Counted from the whole stretch's first letter, positions 13,079-27,448 are shown. The stretch: DNA of 63,652 nucleotides, filler included, from Choristocarpus tenellus KU-1152 (GCA_964200185.2; 9 parts of 9 records of this genome joined end to end with filler, not necessarily neighbours in it), one strand, 5' to 3'. Program-made: numbers and translations. The notes: a model not told the origin generated them from the letters alone.

Positions 13079-13141
13079 ATCACAACATTGGATTTTGACC
13101 CTCAAATGGACGCGGCTCTACCCTCTAAGATACTTTGACTC
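13079..13141 (+). mobile_element. MITE family A, right end (truncated by contig start)
   Basis: ...CAAATGGACGCGGCTCTACCCTCTAAGATACTTTGACTC. Confidence 0.85.
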
Positions 13142-13339
13142 TATGCTTGGCAAGATCAGAGTTGCGCTAGTCACTTTATCGTGACTGGTTCATTTAGGGT
13201 ACAGATCAATTCTTCCCGCACTCTCGAACAAAATGCATGCCACAGTACCCCCAAGTACTTCCTACTTGAAAATATTGAATCCGGGAATATGTATATCCTT
13301 ACTCTTACTCTGTTATTTGATCTGAGCGCCTTAGCGTAC

Positions 13340-16300
13340 CTTAAACATGTTGTCTGATTGCTGCGTCCGGAAGTCAATCTCAGCATTGGGGTGCAGGCCG
13401 AACGCAATTGGTGTATCTGCACCCATTGTAGTGTCAATGTGCTCCAAATATTTTTCATATGAAGTAGGAGGCGGAGACTGCAGTTGGGTAGTAAAAAAAA
13501 TGCACATGAATGAGAGAGAGTCAACTCTTGAATAGAGAGTAGGGTGTATGAAAATCTCACCAACAAATCATTTTAAACATTCAGGTTGTAGAACTGAGTT
13601 GAGTAGTGAAGAGTGGTAACTGCAATATGATTCACTGCTCATGAAAACGATATTTTCCATTGACTGCAACAGCAAAAGTACAAACGGTAGGTTCTCAGCA
13701 AACTAATGGACACTACTTGAGTATTTGAACAGACCTGGAAGCTGACACCCTTTTCATCCTCCGCAAATGGGTAAAGTTCTGTTTCATCCAGCAATTCATC
13801 TTTCATGTACCAGTCCAGGTACTCATTTGCAAGAAGACGATCGAAGTCATTGACAATGTGACCTCCATACCTTGTGGAGAGGAGTGTACTGGTTGAGAGG
13901 AGCAACTGTATAGTTTACCACATGTGGCACAATCATCTATGGCATTTCAAATGTCACAACATACACTCTCTATGGCTGGGGAGCTGGTTGTTGTACTGTC
14001 CATTGGTACGAACATCTAACAAGGTAAGAAGCCAAGAACTAGAGGCTGACTTGCATTATTCAAGGATACAAAGTAAATCCGAGTTAGTTAGTTTTAACAG
14101 TGGCCAACACGTACATGATCTCGCCAAAGATATACTTCAAATCCTGCCAAGGGATCTTTCCGCCTCCAGAGTTTTCCATGTAGTTGGACAGGCAAACTGC
14201 TGAGTCTCGAAGGTCGCCGATTGAGAAGGGGTACATCATGTTGAAGCCCATGGGTCCGTACAGCTTTCGTTCCATCATGATAGCATGGAAGTGACATAGC
14301 CCAAACAGGATACTCTTTGTCTTACTGTCAGCCTGAGTTTGACATGGAAGTAGTAGTTGGGAAAACTGTTACAATAATTGCACTTCAATTTCTGGAAAAA
14401 GTAGACTGGATGATGTCCAACATGTTGGCACCTTGCGACTATGTGGACATTCATGCTGCCAGGATGTTCGAGGTGTTGGTCATACTATTGAAATCTCACT
14501 CACCTCTTCAATGTGCTCGCGACTAAAGTTAGCAAATGCACGTTTAAGGTTTGCCTTGAGACCGGCTGGAGGCTCATTGGTGAGTTTGATGCATCGGCTT
14601 AGCACTCCAATGGGAATGGCGTTTGAAGGGTCGGAGGAAAGATAGAGACGGAACTTCTCATGGCTGCCTTCAAGTGCAAACTCATCCAGCTTCTTCTCAA
14701 GTTCAATTAGCCATCTTGGCATAAGATGAATGTTGTTCAAGATCACCCAGTGCCCATTACGGTGTGCAAGCTCCAGGCAGGACATAGCCACCACATCCTG
14801 CACAGTAGACAAAGGTTGCACAGGAGAGTAAAGATAGCATCAGTAGCACAGAGATTTTTATGCTTTCTGGTCAGTTGAGAGCAGTACACATACACATACA
14901 GAGGAAGACAAACTCATAACCCCCCCCACCCAATGTATTCATCCTTTTCAAGCATTATTCACCTGTCCTTGCCCCATCGATACATTGTGGTAGGACTCGT
15001 TTTTGACAAACCCATACTTGTCCGCCAGACGATCAAGATCACCAACCACGTTGGCGCCAGGTGACAGGATGAAATATATTGGTGTTGTGGTTGTGGAATC
15101 CAAAAACGATTCCTCAAGTATCTGCCAGGTTCAAATCGGTGTTGGCATTGATGATGGGGGATGTTGCCAAGCTTGCATGTACCAACACCCACGGGAAGAT
15201 CACTCTTACACATGTATTCTGGATATTCGGTAGTAGAAGACTCACAATGGACAAAACGTTCTGATGGCTCCTGTTCTTCTCATTTTAGACATTGCATTAC
15301 ATCAAACAATATGTCATCAAAGGAGTATTAATATTTAGCCACAATATCTTGGTTATAGTATGCTCACCTGGAAAGAGTTCAGAGTAGAGTCACAATCTGC
15401 ATAAGAGGACCCATCTGGCAGGGCCACCCGAATGAAGTTTGAAAGGGCGGTATTCATGCGATCCGGCCGCAGGGAGCGTACGACAAGCATCTTTTGGAAA
15501 GGGGTTCGATCGAGGCTCGACCTGAGCAAGTTAAAATCAGCACCATATTTGTCGTGTGAGAACCAAGTCTATACTGGAAAATTCAACTTTCCATGTATTT
15601 CTCCACGCAGACATATGGTACCACCCTGTACCCACTTGAACATTATTGTTGCAATTTAGGATTCTACTGTAGAGAGTCAGAAATTTCAATTTGATGTGTC
15701 TTTCAGGGTACTTTTCACCACATGCACCTACAAGCTGACTTAGAAATACCAGTGTCTACTTCATAATAATGAGAAATAGTTCTCATACTTCAAATCATAT
15801 TGGAAGTGGAATGGCACCAAAAATACTTCAAAATCTACCTAAATATAGTATCAATCTTTTGTTTGAAGCAATGTATGCTCACCAGTCCAGAGGTAGCTTC
15901 TCATTCTCAGGGGTAATATGGTTAAACCATTCGCGGAACCGTGGCGCTGCCTCCACCAGATCTGATGAGAACTTGGCAAATTCCTCCAGCTCTCCCAATG
16001 AATTTACGGCTTGCCATGCTGGGTCTGGCAACCATGCTAATGGATTATCATCCACCTGTTGAAACGTGTTGTAGCAAGGTCAAAATAGTGTAACTCAAAG
16101 TATATATGTGTGTGTGCTGTTTGGTCAAAGTAGTTGAAAGTCTCACTTTTCTGCTTGGATTGCAATATTGTCAGGGCTAGGCACCCACCTGCTTGCGAGG
16201 GCCTCTCATTAGGAACTGGAAGTGCACCTCATTGAGAAGGTTGTCTTCACCTAGGATTCCTCGTTTCATGAGATTGAAGGCTAGCTGTGATAGGAAGATG

Positions 16301-19300
16301 AGCTTGTGGCGTTCAAAGAGACCACGGCTAACCCATGTGTAAATTGTCATGCGGAGGGCATCCCTCAGGTTTAGCACGCGCTGCTCAATGCCTTCGGCAG
16401 GCTTTGCCTTGGAGATGGACTTGACAAAGAAGGTGACAAAAGAGTCAAGGGAGTACTGGTACATGTGGTCAATCAAGCACCTGAAGAATGGTAGGTTGCG
16501 TGCAGGAGAGAGTGAACCATTGTCTTTTGCTGTTCGTTGCTGGCAATCCTTCATGACAATCGTTTCAGGTTTTCAATCAAGGCAGATGATTGATGATATA
16601 CATCAAATGATGAAAACGTGGTGACTTTGGAGGAAAAGGCACCAAGGAAGCTCTCATGAAAGTGGACTTAATACCCAGTGTGGTATGCCACAGAGTAAGC
16701 CTTGGCAACAATCCAACAGTTGGTCGCTAGAAAACTAGTTGTGGCATGCTCATCACTGCCACAGAAGTCAGGCAAGTTTATGAATAAGGTGGGCAAAATA
16801 GGTGAACGATGACGATCCATAACTATGCAGAACCCAGTGCATATCTTAAGGGTAATCTTCAGTTAAGTATTACCCCCTCCTGTGGCTACCTTAGAAAACC
16901 CAGAATTTGTGCATAATGATATAATTCCTCGAAATAGACTCAATGACAGAAGCTCATATTCACTCTCAGACTCAGTTTGATTGTAATGACAAAAGAGTGT
17001 CTGTATACTTGAGTAGGTATCACCAACATTCTGCAATGATCTGTAGCATTTTGCGCCTTTTCAAGGGTGACCCAGAGTATAGCACATCAAGGGGGTGTGG
17101 TGAAAGGGATATTCTCCTGGGGAAAAGGTTTGATATCAAGAGTTCTGATGTGTGAATTAAGAAAGTGATATCCAACCTATTCCTCACAGCTTTGTCAAGA
17201 GGAAGTAGAGCATTGCCCCTTCTGTTGCTTGCTTGCGGTAGAGTTCTCTTGCCACATTGATCTCCTTTTCAGTATGCTTTCCTTTCTCAACCGCAGCCGC
17301 AATTTCCTTAGCTGCTGCCTGTGGTAAGAAGTCAGAATCAAGAGGGATAGAAAAGCGACTAAGGTCAGATTCCATTGCGGTTCACTCCTCACGATGACAT
17401 AGATGGCGAAAGAGTTGACCTGAGGCGGGGAAAGAAAACAGGGGTATAATGCTGCCTGCACATCACTGTTGTCCAATAAAAGCACCACAGAGAGTATGTG
17501 TGACACGTTACGTTGCTCTCTACGTGGGTTGCACCACAGTCCAAGGAGCAATCTAAGAGTCCATGCATCGAAAAGAGAAGGAAACCCACCTTGATGCAAA
17601 AAGACACATTCTGCAATAACTCTGGGCCCACCTTTGTGGCTTCTAGCCCTTCAATGAGTGGCACATCACTCAGGATATCGTCAGGTGCATTTGCCAATCT
17701 TTCCAGAAGATCGTCTTCAAGCTGCACCAACTGTATTTTGTACTGCAGAACAAGAAGGGCGTATGTTGTGGTGAGGACACAAGACAAGCATAGAAAAATG
17801 TTTGACTAGTTTTTATGGGTGACTGTTGGAGAGAAGGAGACAAGAAACCATCCTCCTCATTGTTGCACAACAAAAAATAAGCCTAAGATACTGATAACAC
17901 ATGCACTACCACTGACTATGTGCCGGTTGTTTGTCTATTCTTTTCTGTTACATGCTGCAGTACTTTTCCTCCTTCACCTCCTAGTATTTGTTTGCACTAC
18001 TTCAACATTACCCTACCAAAGTTGTGTCGGGATTATCAGAAGCTCAAGGAGGGCGGCTGTTATGCTTAGATTGAGCCTGGGGAAGCAAAACCTTGGGTAG
18101 AGAGATGCACTGTGGTAGGAGGCTGGAACTAGGTTATTATGTAGTTATGAGTGTCTTCATGGTTCAGTTGTTAAGGGCCGACACGCCTTCCAGAAGTGAG
18201 CACTGGTAGAAACTCATTTGTCACTAGATTTGTTTTGAAAAAAACTGTTTTTTATTATCCAAGGTCAATGTGGCAAGCACTCCGGTTTGTACACCCGTCC
18301 ATTCCTATCTATCACTCTAACACAAAAGCGTGATAGACTCTAACACAAAAGCAAGATAGACTTTAACACAAAAGCAAGATAGACTCTAACACAAAAGCAA
18401 GATAGACTTTAAGTGGAACGAGGCAAAAAAACCTTCATTACCAAGTGACGTCAGGTCAAACACTGCACAAGATATGATGGAGAAAGAAAATTCAACAAGT
18501 GATGGCTGAAACCAATGCATAGAAAGAAAGGTATGAATTGCAGTACAACTGGTAGTGTTGAAACAGCTAGTTGCAGTAGGTACTATGAAACGTAGTCTAG
18601 TGTGTAGCGGCTCTGACCACGGGTTTGGTCTAGTTCCCAGGCTGAAGTACAGGTAGTGTTTCCAAAGGAAGACTGTTATTCGGTTTCACATTCCTCCGGA
18701 AAATAAGAAAAGTGTCAAAAATGTGTTGTTTACCACACATTTCAAACCCTAATCCTAACCCCAACACGATCTTGGTACAGATGAGAAACAAAATATAGTA
18801 TATTTACTTCATTTATCTCGCTCAAGCAGTATAATTAAATTGAAGCACATTTAGCCCTGGGGCAGGGACCAATCCGGAAAATTCCCATTTACCAACTTGG
18901 AACCAGCTTTTGGCGAAGCAGTATGGCTTCCATGTATTTACTCCCAAAGAGCACAAGAAATTGTCCAGGTACTGCCAACAGTTTTCTCTTTATCATACCA
19001 TACCCACCAACTAAACCAAAACTACTACTCTCACTCTCAAGGTCACGCTCACACTGTACACAGTTGGTGCCTCAGAATAAAACATTTAAATTCCTTTAGA
19101 TCAACAGCCATCAGCAATGATTTGAGATTGAATTGTTTATTACTTTTTTGTCAAGGGGTTTGCTGTTAATATTGCCATTACAGTAGTTGAAAATTCAGAA
19201 ATGTAGAGTCTTTGATTCTTTTTGATTGGACAATCATGGGGTATAGCTGAGATTGAAACAAATTTTTTTACAGAGCAACCTACCTGGCCCCAAATAGGCT

Positions 19301-22300
19301 CAGTGAAAAAAGGAATAGCACAGCATTTGTGGGGATGATCTTCACAAAGTGTTTGCCTACAAATTAGCTCTCTTCATCTCATCTTTTTGAATCATACCAG
19401 CTATGGGGTGTACGTGGTAATATCATAAGAGTGAAAGCATCTTAGAGGGTACAAATTTTTCCCTGTTTGTCCATTTGGGATTTAACTGCCCGGATGTTTT
19501 TGATGAGATTTCACCTACTCCAAGATATTTCGGAGTATGTAAAGTGTATACACTATGAAAAGGAGCGTTCGGAACAAGGATATTGACATTTCCTAACAAA
19601 AATGATAGCCAATATTACATCAAAATTGCAGCATTGGATTTTGGCCCCCAAATGGACACGGCTCTACCCTCTAAGATACTTTGAGTCTAAGAATCCAGAA
19701 AACTGACTAAAGCAAGCAACCTATTTTGTCTATTACGAAAGGGGTCTCTGCTCAGTCATGGTGACTTTTCTTGCTAGCCTATCCTCTGCAATGAGAGCTT
19801 CATTTTGGGGGGCTTCCATATGCACAAAAAACAAGGAAATAGGGTGTATTACACAGCTGTTGAAAAAAGTCATATACTGCAAAATGGCCAAACATGTATG
19901 CCACTAAGTTAAGATGATTCACTATATGCAAAATTCAAAATAATGAGCGTGAACGCGAATTTTAATCATATATATCTTTGTAAACACTCTGTTAATTGTA
20001 ATATTTATGTGTGTATGTATTATGTATGTATGAGTGTATGTATTATGCATGTATGAGTGTATGTAGTATGTATGTATGAGTGTATGTATTATGTATGTAT
20101 GAGTGTATGTATTATGTATGTATGAGTGTATGTAATACATACGTAGTAATAGGGACGAGTGAGAAAACAGTGATGTATGGGATACACTTTACTAAGAGCT
20201 ACATACTTGCTGGAAAGCTGACTGCAGCTCCTGTGCCTGCTTCTCCAGCTCTGGTCTTTCAACCCCGACAACCTTGGCAAGGAGTTGATCCTCCAGGCCC
20301 CTCTCAGTGGCAATGAAATTTATCAACGTACACTGATGGAGAACCCATTCCATTGTTGTGTGCAGAGGAGGGAAGTACAAAGAAGTTGTGCAAAGATGTG
20401 ATGAAGTTTTTTTGGCAGGATTTGGACAGCAAGAACATCTAAAAAACCTCGGCGGGATTTCAACCATACCACATTCCCATCACCATGACCCCTCAAAAAG
20501 TATAGCTTGTTCATAGTAGATGGAAGTGCCACCCTTTGAAGTACTGGTATCACCTCGTGGTCCAAGTTATATTATACAAGTACAAACCACAGTACTTGAG
20601 GCAGTTTTCAAAACTTTTGTGACCCTAGAAACACTCAGAGGCAAAGTAAACATTAGTAACCATTAGTAACCATTAGTAACCATTAGTAACCATTAGTAAC
20701 CATTAGTAAACAAGAGGTACCGAGAGTGACACTTTAAGGCTGTTGACAAACATGCGCAAAATTCTACCTTTTGCTTTTGCAAATGTGTGTAGGATATTTT
20801 CTGAATTGTGTCAGAAGATTTTCGAACAAAAGAGAAATAGATGCTCTACAATCAATCTCAAAATCCATATAAAGATAGGTGAATTGCAAAAGATTAAAAG
20901 ACTTTAAATGCAAAACAGCCAAAACTTGGGCACGTCCTTGACTCACTTGCTTCAAATGGATACCCCCCAAAAAACACAGACCTGGGCAGCAATTTCTGGC
21001 TTGTAGTGCGGGTTGGACAGCTTTGTTTGGAGGTACAGCTGGAATCCTGGGTCATACTCCACCTCCTCCCCCCCAAGCTTGAGGAAGAGAGACCTGCAAT
21101 GAGCATACTATCATGTTATTAAGCATAGGCATCTGCTGGGGATGCAGTGTGTATATATATATATATATATCCCTTTTTGGAGGAAGCAACTTTCCAACAT
21201 CATTCCCAAAGTCAAATTTTAAAAAGCCATGTACGCACTGACTGGACTGAGAGACAGCAACAGCACAACCAAGTATTTCCTTACCGGCCCTTCTTGTAAA
21301 CTGCCCGGGCGAGGATAGGGTCCAGTGTAGCATCAATGTCCTCGCTGATGTTCTCGATGATCAGAGTTTGTCCGCTGGTGATGGCCCCCTCAACATTGCG
21401 AAGCCATTTCTTCTGACTCAGCTGTATCATAGTGAGTCCGTTGTCTTCCTCCCGTTTGCGAAGCCATTTGATGCCCTGACTTAAGAAGAGGGGGTTTAAG
21501 CAGCCCAGGGTTCGCTTGCAAATGTTGCAACGCTTAATAGAAGCACAAATATAAAGCTGATTCAAGCATCTTCTTCTCAGCAAAACAATAATAGCCACAA
21601 CTTGCCTGTTGCTGAGGGTCAATTATGAGTGGCCAGCGCTTGCAGTTTGTGATGATTGAACCGTTCTCCAGCGAAATCCGGTCTGCTGGTAGCCCTTCAC
21701 TAATCATCCTTGCGTTGTTTCCATCATTGGTCAGAAGGTCCAGAGGGTCCACCCCGGGGGTGACAGGGATCTTTCGCTCTTCGATGTCTACAAATGGAGA
21801 GATGAAAAAAATAGTTGTGATCGAAGCACTCACAGCCCTGTTATAATTGAGCAATTGAAGCTCTTGAAACCAAAAGGGTGTGCCATGCTTGGTGTTCTTG
21901 TAGGTAGTTGTATAGATCATGGTTGCAGCATGGTATCAATATTTCCTCTCAAAACAGTGTTTCATCTTTGAATCAATTTTTGAGTGCTGCCACAGAAAGT
22001 GTTTAATCTCTGCTCAGAACAAGTGGCACTATAGTAGGGTTTGTGCAGACAAGAAGACAATATGAACTGTACAATATACACTTACACACCATCTGCTGAG
22101 ACTCAGGAGATGGCAGCAGGGACTCTGATATTATTTGCTAAGGATTAGAATGAGAAGTATTATTGGAATGCTGGCAACACAAAAAAGGATGTGAGGCTGA
22201 GGGTACTCCTGCTTCATACCTGGGGTCCAAATGCCTTTCCAGAGAAGGTCTCGGTTTTCCTGATCAAAGGCACCGACATATGAAACAAAGCCACTTGCAA

Positions 22301-25300
22301 GCATGCAATCTCCAACCAGTGTGGTAGCATTCTCCCTCAACTTTTCGATCTCATTGCCCCAGCGCTCATTCTCACTTGACAACCCTCCCACCAGTCGTTC
22401 TGCAAGGGACAAGCGTGTAAGACATGCTGCAGCTTCTGCCTCCACCTTGGCCTTCTCCTCTGTTGCCTGAGGATCAAACCACATGCATCAGAACAGTTAA
22501 TGCTCCACATCTTATTGATGAACACTGATCTAGACATTGAGCTAGTTATCAGAGTTAGTTATCAGAGCTTGGAAGCAGGAACTATATATATATACAAAAT
22601 AACTGTGTCAACCTATCAGTGACTTCACTATTGTCTCAGGTCGGGAGGTAAAAAGCCATCATGCTCCTGGAGTGGGTATATTCCTTCAGTGCTGCCAAAA
22701 TGTTGTACAAATGAAGTGATTGTGACACTAACTCTTGCTTATTTTGAGGATAAAGGTCAGAGGCATACCATACCCTTCATATCATCATTCTTATATTAAT
22801 ATGTGATGCTCACAAAAAAGGAATTCTGTGCCAAACTGAGCAAGCAGTGCTCCTTCGACCCAGTATCAGACAATATTGCACAGTGGGTTTCCTCAGTTGT
22901 TGTACGAGCACTCCCCTTCAAGGTGCGCAGCAGAACACTACTTTAATCAAGTGTACCAGATCGACAACAATTTGCATCAAGCTCACCTCCATGAACTTGT
23001 CTTGCAGTTGCTGAAGTTTGGCTTCTACAGCTGCAACAAGGTCATTGGAGATCTTCAGTGAAGCATCAGCATCCGCCTTAGCTTTTCGAGCCATCTCCAG
23101 ACTATCCATTAGCGGTTTCACCTATTTTGGAGTCAGCAGTGAGACTGTGAAATAATTTTCAGAGCGCTAGACCCTAGGTCACTCAGGCATGAAGACCGTG
23201 GACAAATATTACATGAAGACTATCCCATTCATGGAAGGGCAGCAAACCTTGACATAGATACGGTTGTATGTGTAGATCGAGATGACCCAGGAGCAAAGAT
23301 TGGCAGCAGCAGCAGATTTGCTCTTCATGTTCTCGACAGTGAAGCCATCCTCATTTAGGATCAATTCAACCTTCTTGATCTCGTCCTCGGTGATGTCCTC
23401 TCCTCTGAAGGCCACCAAACTGTGACGATGGAGGCATATGAATACACACTTTTTTGGAATAGTGTCAATAGGACGCTTTATGGTTTCCTGCAAATAGGTA
23501 TAGAAATAATTCCTTTGTGCTGCTAAACGGAATAACATCACAGCTGTTATTTGGGGTAATGACGGTGCTGTTATACCCCAAAGAGCAAGTCCATTGGCTC
23601 CACAAACTTGCAAACAAAAGGCCAGTGGTGATCAGTCACCAACAGTGATATTGGTCTTCTTGAAGATGTTATTTCCTGATCCTAAGGCAACATTAACTTT
23701 GAGTCAAGGTATCTTAGAGGTTAGAGCCGTGTCCATTTGGGGGCCAAACTCCACTGTTGCGATTTTGATTTGACTTTGACTATAGTGTTTGTTAGGAAGT
23801 GTAAATATCCCTGTTCTGGACACACCTTTTCATAACATACACATTCTACCTACTCCGAAATGTTTCGGAATAGGAAAATGTCATAAAAACCCATGGAAAG
23901 CCAAGCCCCAAATGGACAAACAGGGTAAAACTCGTACCCTCTAAGATACTGTCATTCTTTGCCCAAACATAGAAAGCACCATGACTTTCCCCTCATCTAC
24001 AGATTGCCCTATAGTTATCTGAGCACTAGGAAAGAAACATAGCAAAACTGTACATTAGCATATCTATACTGGGAGAGCACATACAAATAAATATGTGTAT
24101 ATCTCACCACTGTACAGTTTGCGACTATTGATGGAAAACGATCACATGTGTTTCCTCTTCACTGTCCCCAAGGGCATAGTATCTAACCCCACTGAGTCAG
24201 CACCAATTGTTAAAGAACTCATTTGATTATCACACAGCAACACTATCGATGGCAGTACGTCATTCTCCAATACCCCCACATTGTGGGCAGCAGAAAGAAG
24301 AACGGACTCACCTGTTCTTGAACTGGTCTACATTACTCATCATCTTCTTTGCTCGGTCCCAGGCATGGTTTTTGTACTCCTTTTCCACTAGAATAAGCAC
24401 CGCTTTGGTGACCTGCCAACCAATAAACAATCAACAGTAGTAGGCGACCTCTGTGATTGAATTCAAAGGTGCACTAATACCCACCTGCCCTTGTGCCTCC
24501 ATGCTTGTTTGAATTTGACCATGAACTTGTCTAAAGCGGAAAGAAGGTGTGAGAGGGTTATGCAAAACACACGAAAATCGTTCATGCTTACATTCAAACA
24601 CATCGTAGAATACACTAAAACCATCACATTTGCTTGCATCAGTAGCTTCAATAAATAGGGCAAATTGGACCTTGTTTTCGCTGTGCAAGCCCTTCTTGTT
24701 AATGTACACCTACAATCTCATAAGCAGGTCCAGTTTAGGTAGGTGCACTGCAGATCATCATTCTTGCCTTGTCAACTCCTGCTGGGGGTTTTGGTAGTGT
24801 TTTCAGCTCTGTCAACATGTTCTTGGAAAGGCAGTTAACTGCTTCTGCTGCTGCCTTCATGGCAGGCTCAGCCTGAGCCAACTCAGTCTCGGCATCTTTC
24901 TCAATTGCTGCAGCCTCTGCACTAGCCACACCAGCCTTTTCAGCTTCCACGCTGGCTGCTGCCTGCTGCTTTTCTGTGGCATCAAGAGTTTGTGCATGAA
25001 GTGCACAAGGTAACACAAAATGGCACGGGGCACAGATACACATGTCAGTGTGACAACACCACCAGATACATGAAGTTTGGTCCAAATGCTATGACAAACA
25101 TGTGTACATGATGTGAACATGTAGATCTTGAAACGTCAGAAAGAATTATTGACTGTTGTACCAGTGGTGCAAAGGAAGGCCTGCACCATCAAACCTTCAA
25201 ACACCTTCACAAGACACTCTTCCAAGGCATAAGGTGTCATGACATGCACAAAAAAAAAACTTCATGTATACGGAAGCCCTGTCACTGGTAAATGTAATCA

Positions 25301-27028
25301 GCAGTAAAGGTTCATTCCTCCCACCTGCACCAGCACGTTGCACACTCATTTCCTCCAGCAGAACTCCTGTTGCAGCTTTCTTCTCCTCAACCTGTGGTTG
25401 TTTTTGGGTAGCGATGGTGATAGTGATGGTGATACTGATACATGTTGGAATACCCTGTCAGATGCATTGGCAAGGAGAAGACACTAGTGGGAGAAACCTC
25501 AATTTCCTCCTTAGAAGATTTGTACACCTAGGAGTATGATGCCGCTCACTTGGAACTCCCACTAACCTTGACCATCGTGTGCTTGAGGTCAACCTGCAGC
25601 TCAGCAACATCAGCAGCAGTCTTGCGCAATGTGGAGAGTCCCACATCAAGGCGATCAATCTGCCTTTGCACCTCACTGCGTTTCTGATCCAGCAAAAACT
25701 TATAGAAACCAATGAGCTCCAAGTAGGATTTGGGCGTCACGTAATTGTAGCGCCTCTGAGTCTCAAAGTACGCTGTGGATGTCTTTGGCGTAATCAACAG
25801 GAAAAAAACAATTGATGTGCGCATTATTTGAAAGCTATTGACTTGTTGGGTGCGGCACATACATGTAAATGCAACAAACTACTCATCATTAGGAGATGAT
25901 TTCAAACATTGCTTCTGATCACCCCCACATTGATTTCTATTAGGGATAATGTCCCCCTCAACTGGGTCTTGCTCAATGCCTAAGTCACCGAAGTCCAACC
26001 AAAATATGGCAACCTAATCCCATGCCTTTGTTACAGACAGGTGTTCTTCAGCCATGTGAATAGCAAGGCTACCCTTGACGCTTTCTTCCCCCAGGTGCAC
26101 ATCTTCCAAGAAACGAGCAGCAACACTGATCAAAGCTTCCCTTGGCCAGGGATGGAAGAAGTCCACAGATGTGCAGTTGATCAAGCCCGGGAAACGACGA
26201 GCACCTATGATACAAAAATGGACTATTTTGTTCAGCAGATTAGACGCGTGTACACCTAAGTCAAGGGGTGACTCTGCTATTTTGCCTCACTTTTTTCTTC
26301 TATGGGATACGCACTCTGGAGTGTTTTGTATAAGGCATGATAAAGCATGGATGAAAAACTATGGGTTCCTGTTCCATGTAGTCCAGAGCATGCAGGGGTC
26401 AATGTTTATGTAGTGGTGCTCACGGATGCGGAAGATGTCGCCAACAGGTGAAAAACAGAGAACGACATGGAGATTGGTCCGGATACGCAGAATGAGGAAG
26501 TCCAACATGGCCTCGGGGGTATCTGGAATGCCTGCAGCCTTGGCCTCATTCCGAATCCCTCCAGTCAGGCCATCAATTTCATCCTAGGAATGACATCGAT
26601 CAACATATGGTTCTTGATGATTCACAGTGGCAAGGAGAATATCTTCCCAACAAGGACACGTTGAAGGAATGCAGTGTTCCCTACATGGTGTACCTTATTT
26701 CTATATCTATATATGGGTAAGCATATGTATGTTGGAGAGGAGGGGAGGTCTTCAACAATTGACAAATAGTGTCCATCTCTGGAACATTTGAACCTGCACA
26801 AGGGTTGTACACTCAGTGGAGACACAGAGTAAGCAATTTTGTTTACTCTGAAGTCATATTCACCTTGGCAAAGAGATCACTAATCCACCCATTAGCCAAG
26901 ATGGAGTTGATATAGATGAGGAAGCGCTCATTAACGATTTGACCATCCGTCATAAGGAATAGGAGTGGTACACCCTTGACACCAGAAGTCCTGAACATTT
27001 CTTGAAGAGCTTCCTTTAGATCCTCCAC
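13340..27028 (-). CDS. Axonemal dynein heavy chain, probably outer-arm beta-type; partial, 24 internal exons covering AAA4, stalk/MTBD, AAA5, AAA6 and the start of the C-terminal domain
   Basis: Exons in transcript order: 27028-26864, 26583-26424, 26204-26026, 25782-25567, 25391-25325, 24973-24768, 24412-24312, 23419-23248, 23121-22987, 22466-22220, 21787-21606, 21475-21285, 21093-20982, 20332-20207, 17742-17632, 17318-17188, 16480-16189, 16055-15883, 15521-15368, 15121-14963, 14797-14504, 14332-14115, 13870-13735, 13477-13340. Phases join into one frame. Dynein motifs: [127 protein letters not shown]. Both gene ends lie beyond the contig breaks. Confidence 0.97.
18313..18412. repeat. ~22-bp tandem repeat x4
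   Basis: CT(C/T)TAACACAAAAGC(A)AGATAGA repeated. Confidence 0.9.
19429..19687 (+). mobile_element. MITE family A, full copy in a dynein intron
   Basis: GAGTGAAAGCATCTTAGAGGG...CCCTCTAAGATACTTTGAGTC; flanked by TAA on both sides. Confidence 0.9.
20005..20140. repeat. Compound (TATG/GAGTG) micro/minisatellite
   Basis: GTATGTATTATGTATGTATGAGT repeated. Confidence 0.9.
20650..20710. repeat. (CATTAGTAAC)x6 minisatellite
   Basis: Seen directly. Confidence 0.95.
23701..23957 (-). mobile_element. MITE family A, full inverted copy in a dynein intron
   Basis: GAGTCAAGGTATCTTAGAGG...CCCTCTAAGATACTGTCATTC; flanked by TTT on both sides. Confidence 0.9.
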
Positions 27029-27308
27029 CTGTGCAAGAGCACAACTCATTATGAGAAAGAGAGAGAGATTTAAACACTGAACTTAAAGTGAATCATCCTA
27101 CAACTGCTGAAACTAGGTGACACTCCAGTGGATATGAATCAAAGCAATAGCACGTGTCCGCTCAGGACAAAAAAAACGTTTCACAAACAAAGAAGTGTCT
27201 AAGTCCTGGTCCATCAGGGTCAGATACTCACAAGCACTCAGAGGAGTAATGCCTGAATGGACAACAGCTTCGTACAGGTGGGATAAGAAAATGCTCAGGG
27301 TTGGCACA

Positions 27309-27348
27309 GACTCAAAGTATCTGGGGGGGGTGGCGACTGTCCATTTGG
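27309..27348 (+). mobile_element. MITE family B, left end at contig end
   Basis: GACTCAAAGTATCT(G)nTGGCGACTGTCCATTTGG. Confidence 0.78.
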
Positions 27349-27448
27349 NNNNNNNNNNNNNNNNNNNNNNNNNNNNNNNNNNNNNNNNNNNNTTAATTAA
27401 TTAANNNNNNNNNNNNNNNNNNNNNNNNNNNNNNNNNNNNNNNNNNNN

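Noticed and set aside
19429-26025. Introner-type intron creation by the MITEs, or as the origin of the GC-AG introns
   Set aside because: The MITEs sit inside larger introns away from splice sites, and the three GC-AG introns show no mutual similarity or TIRs that I can see.
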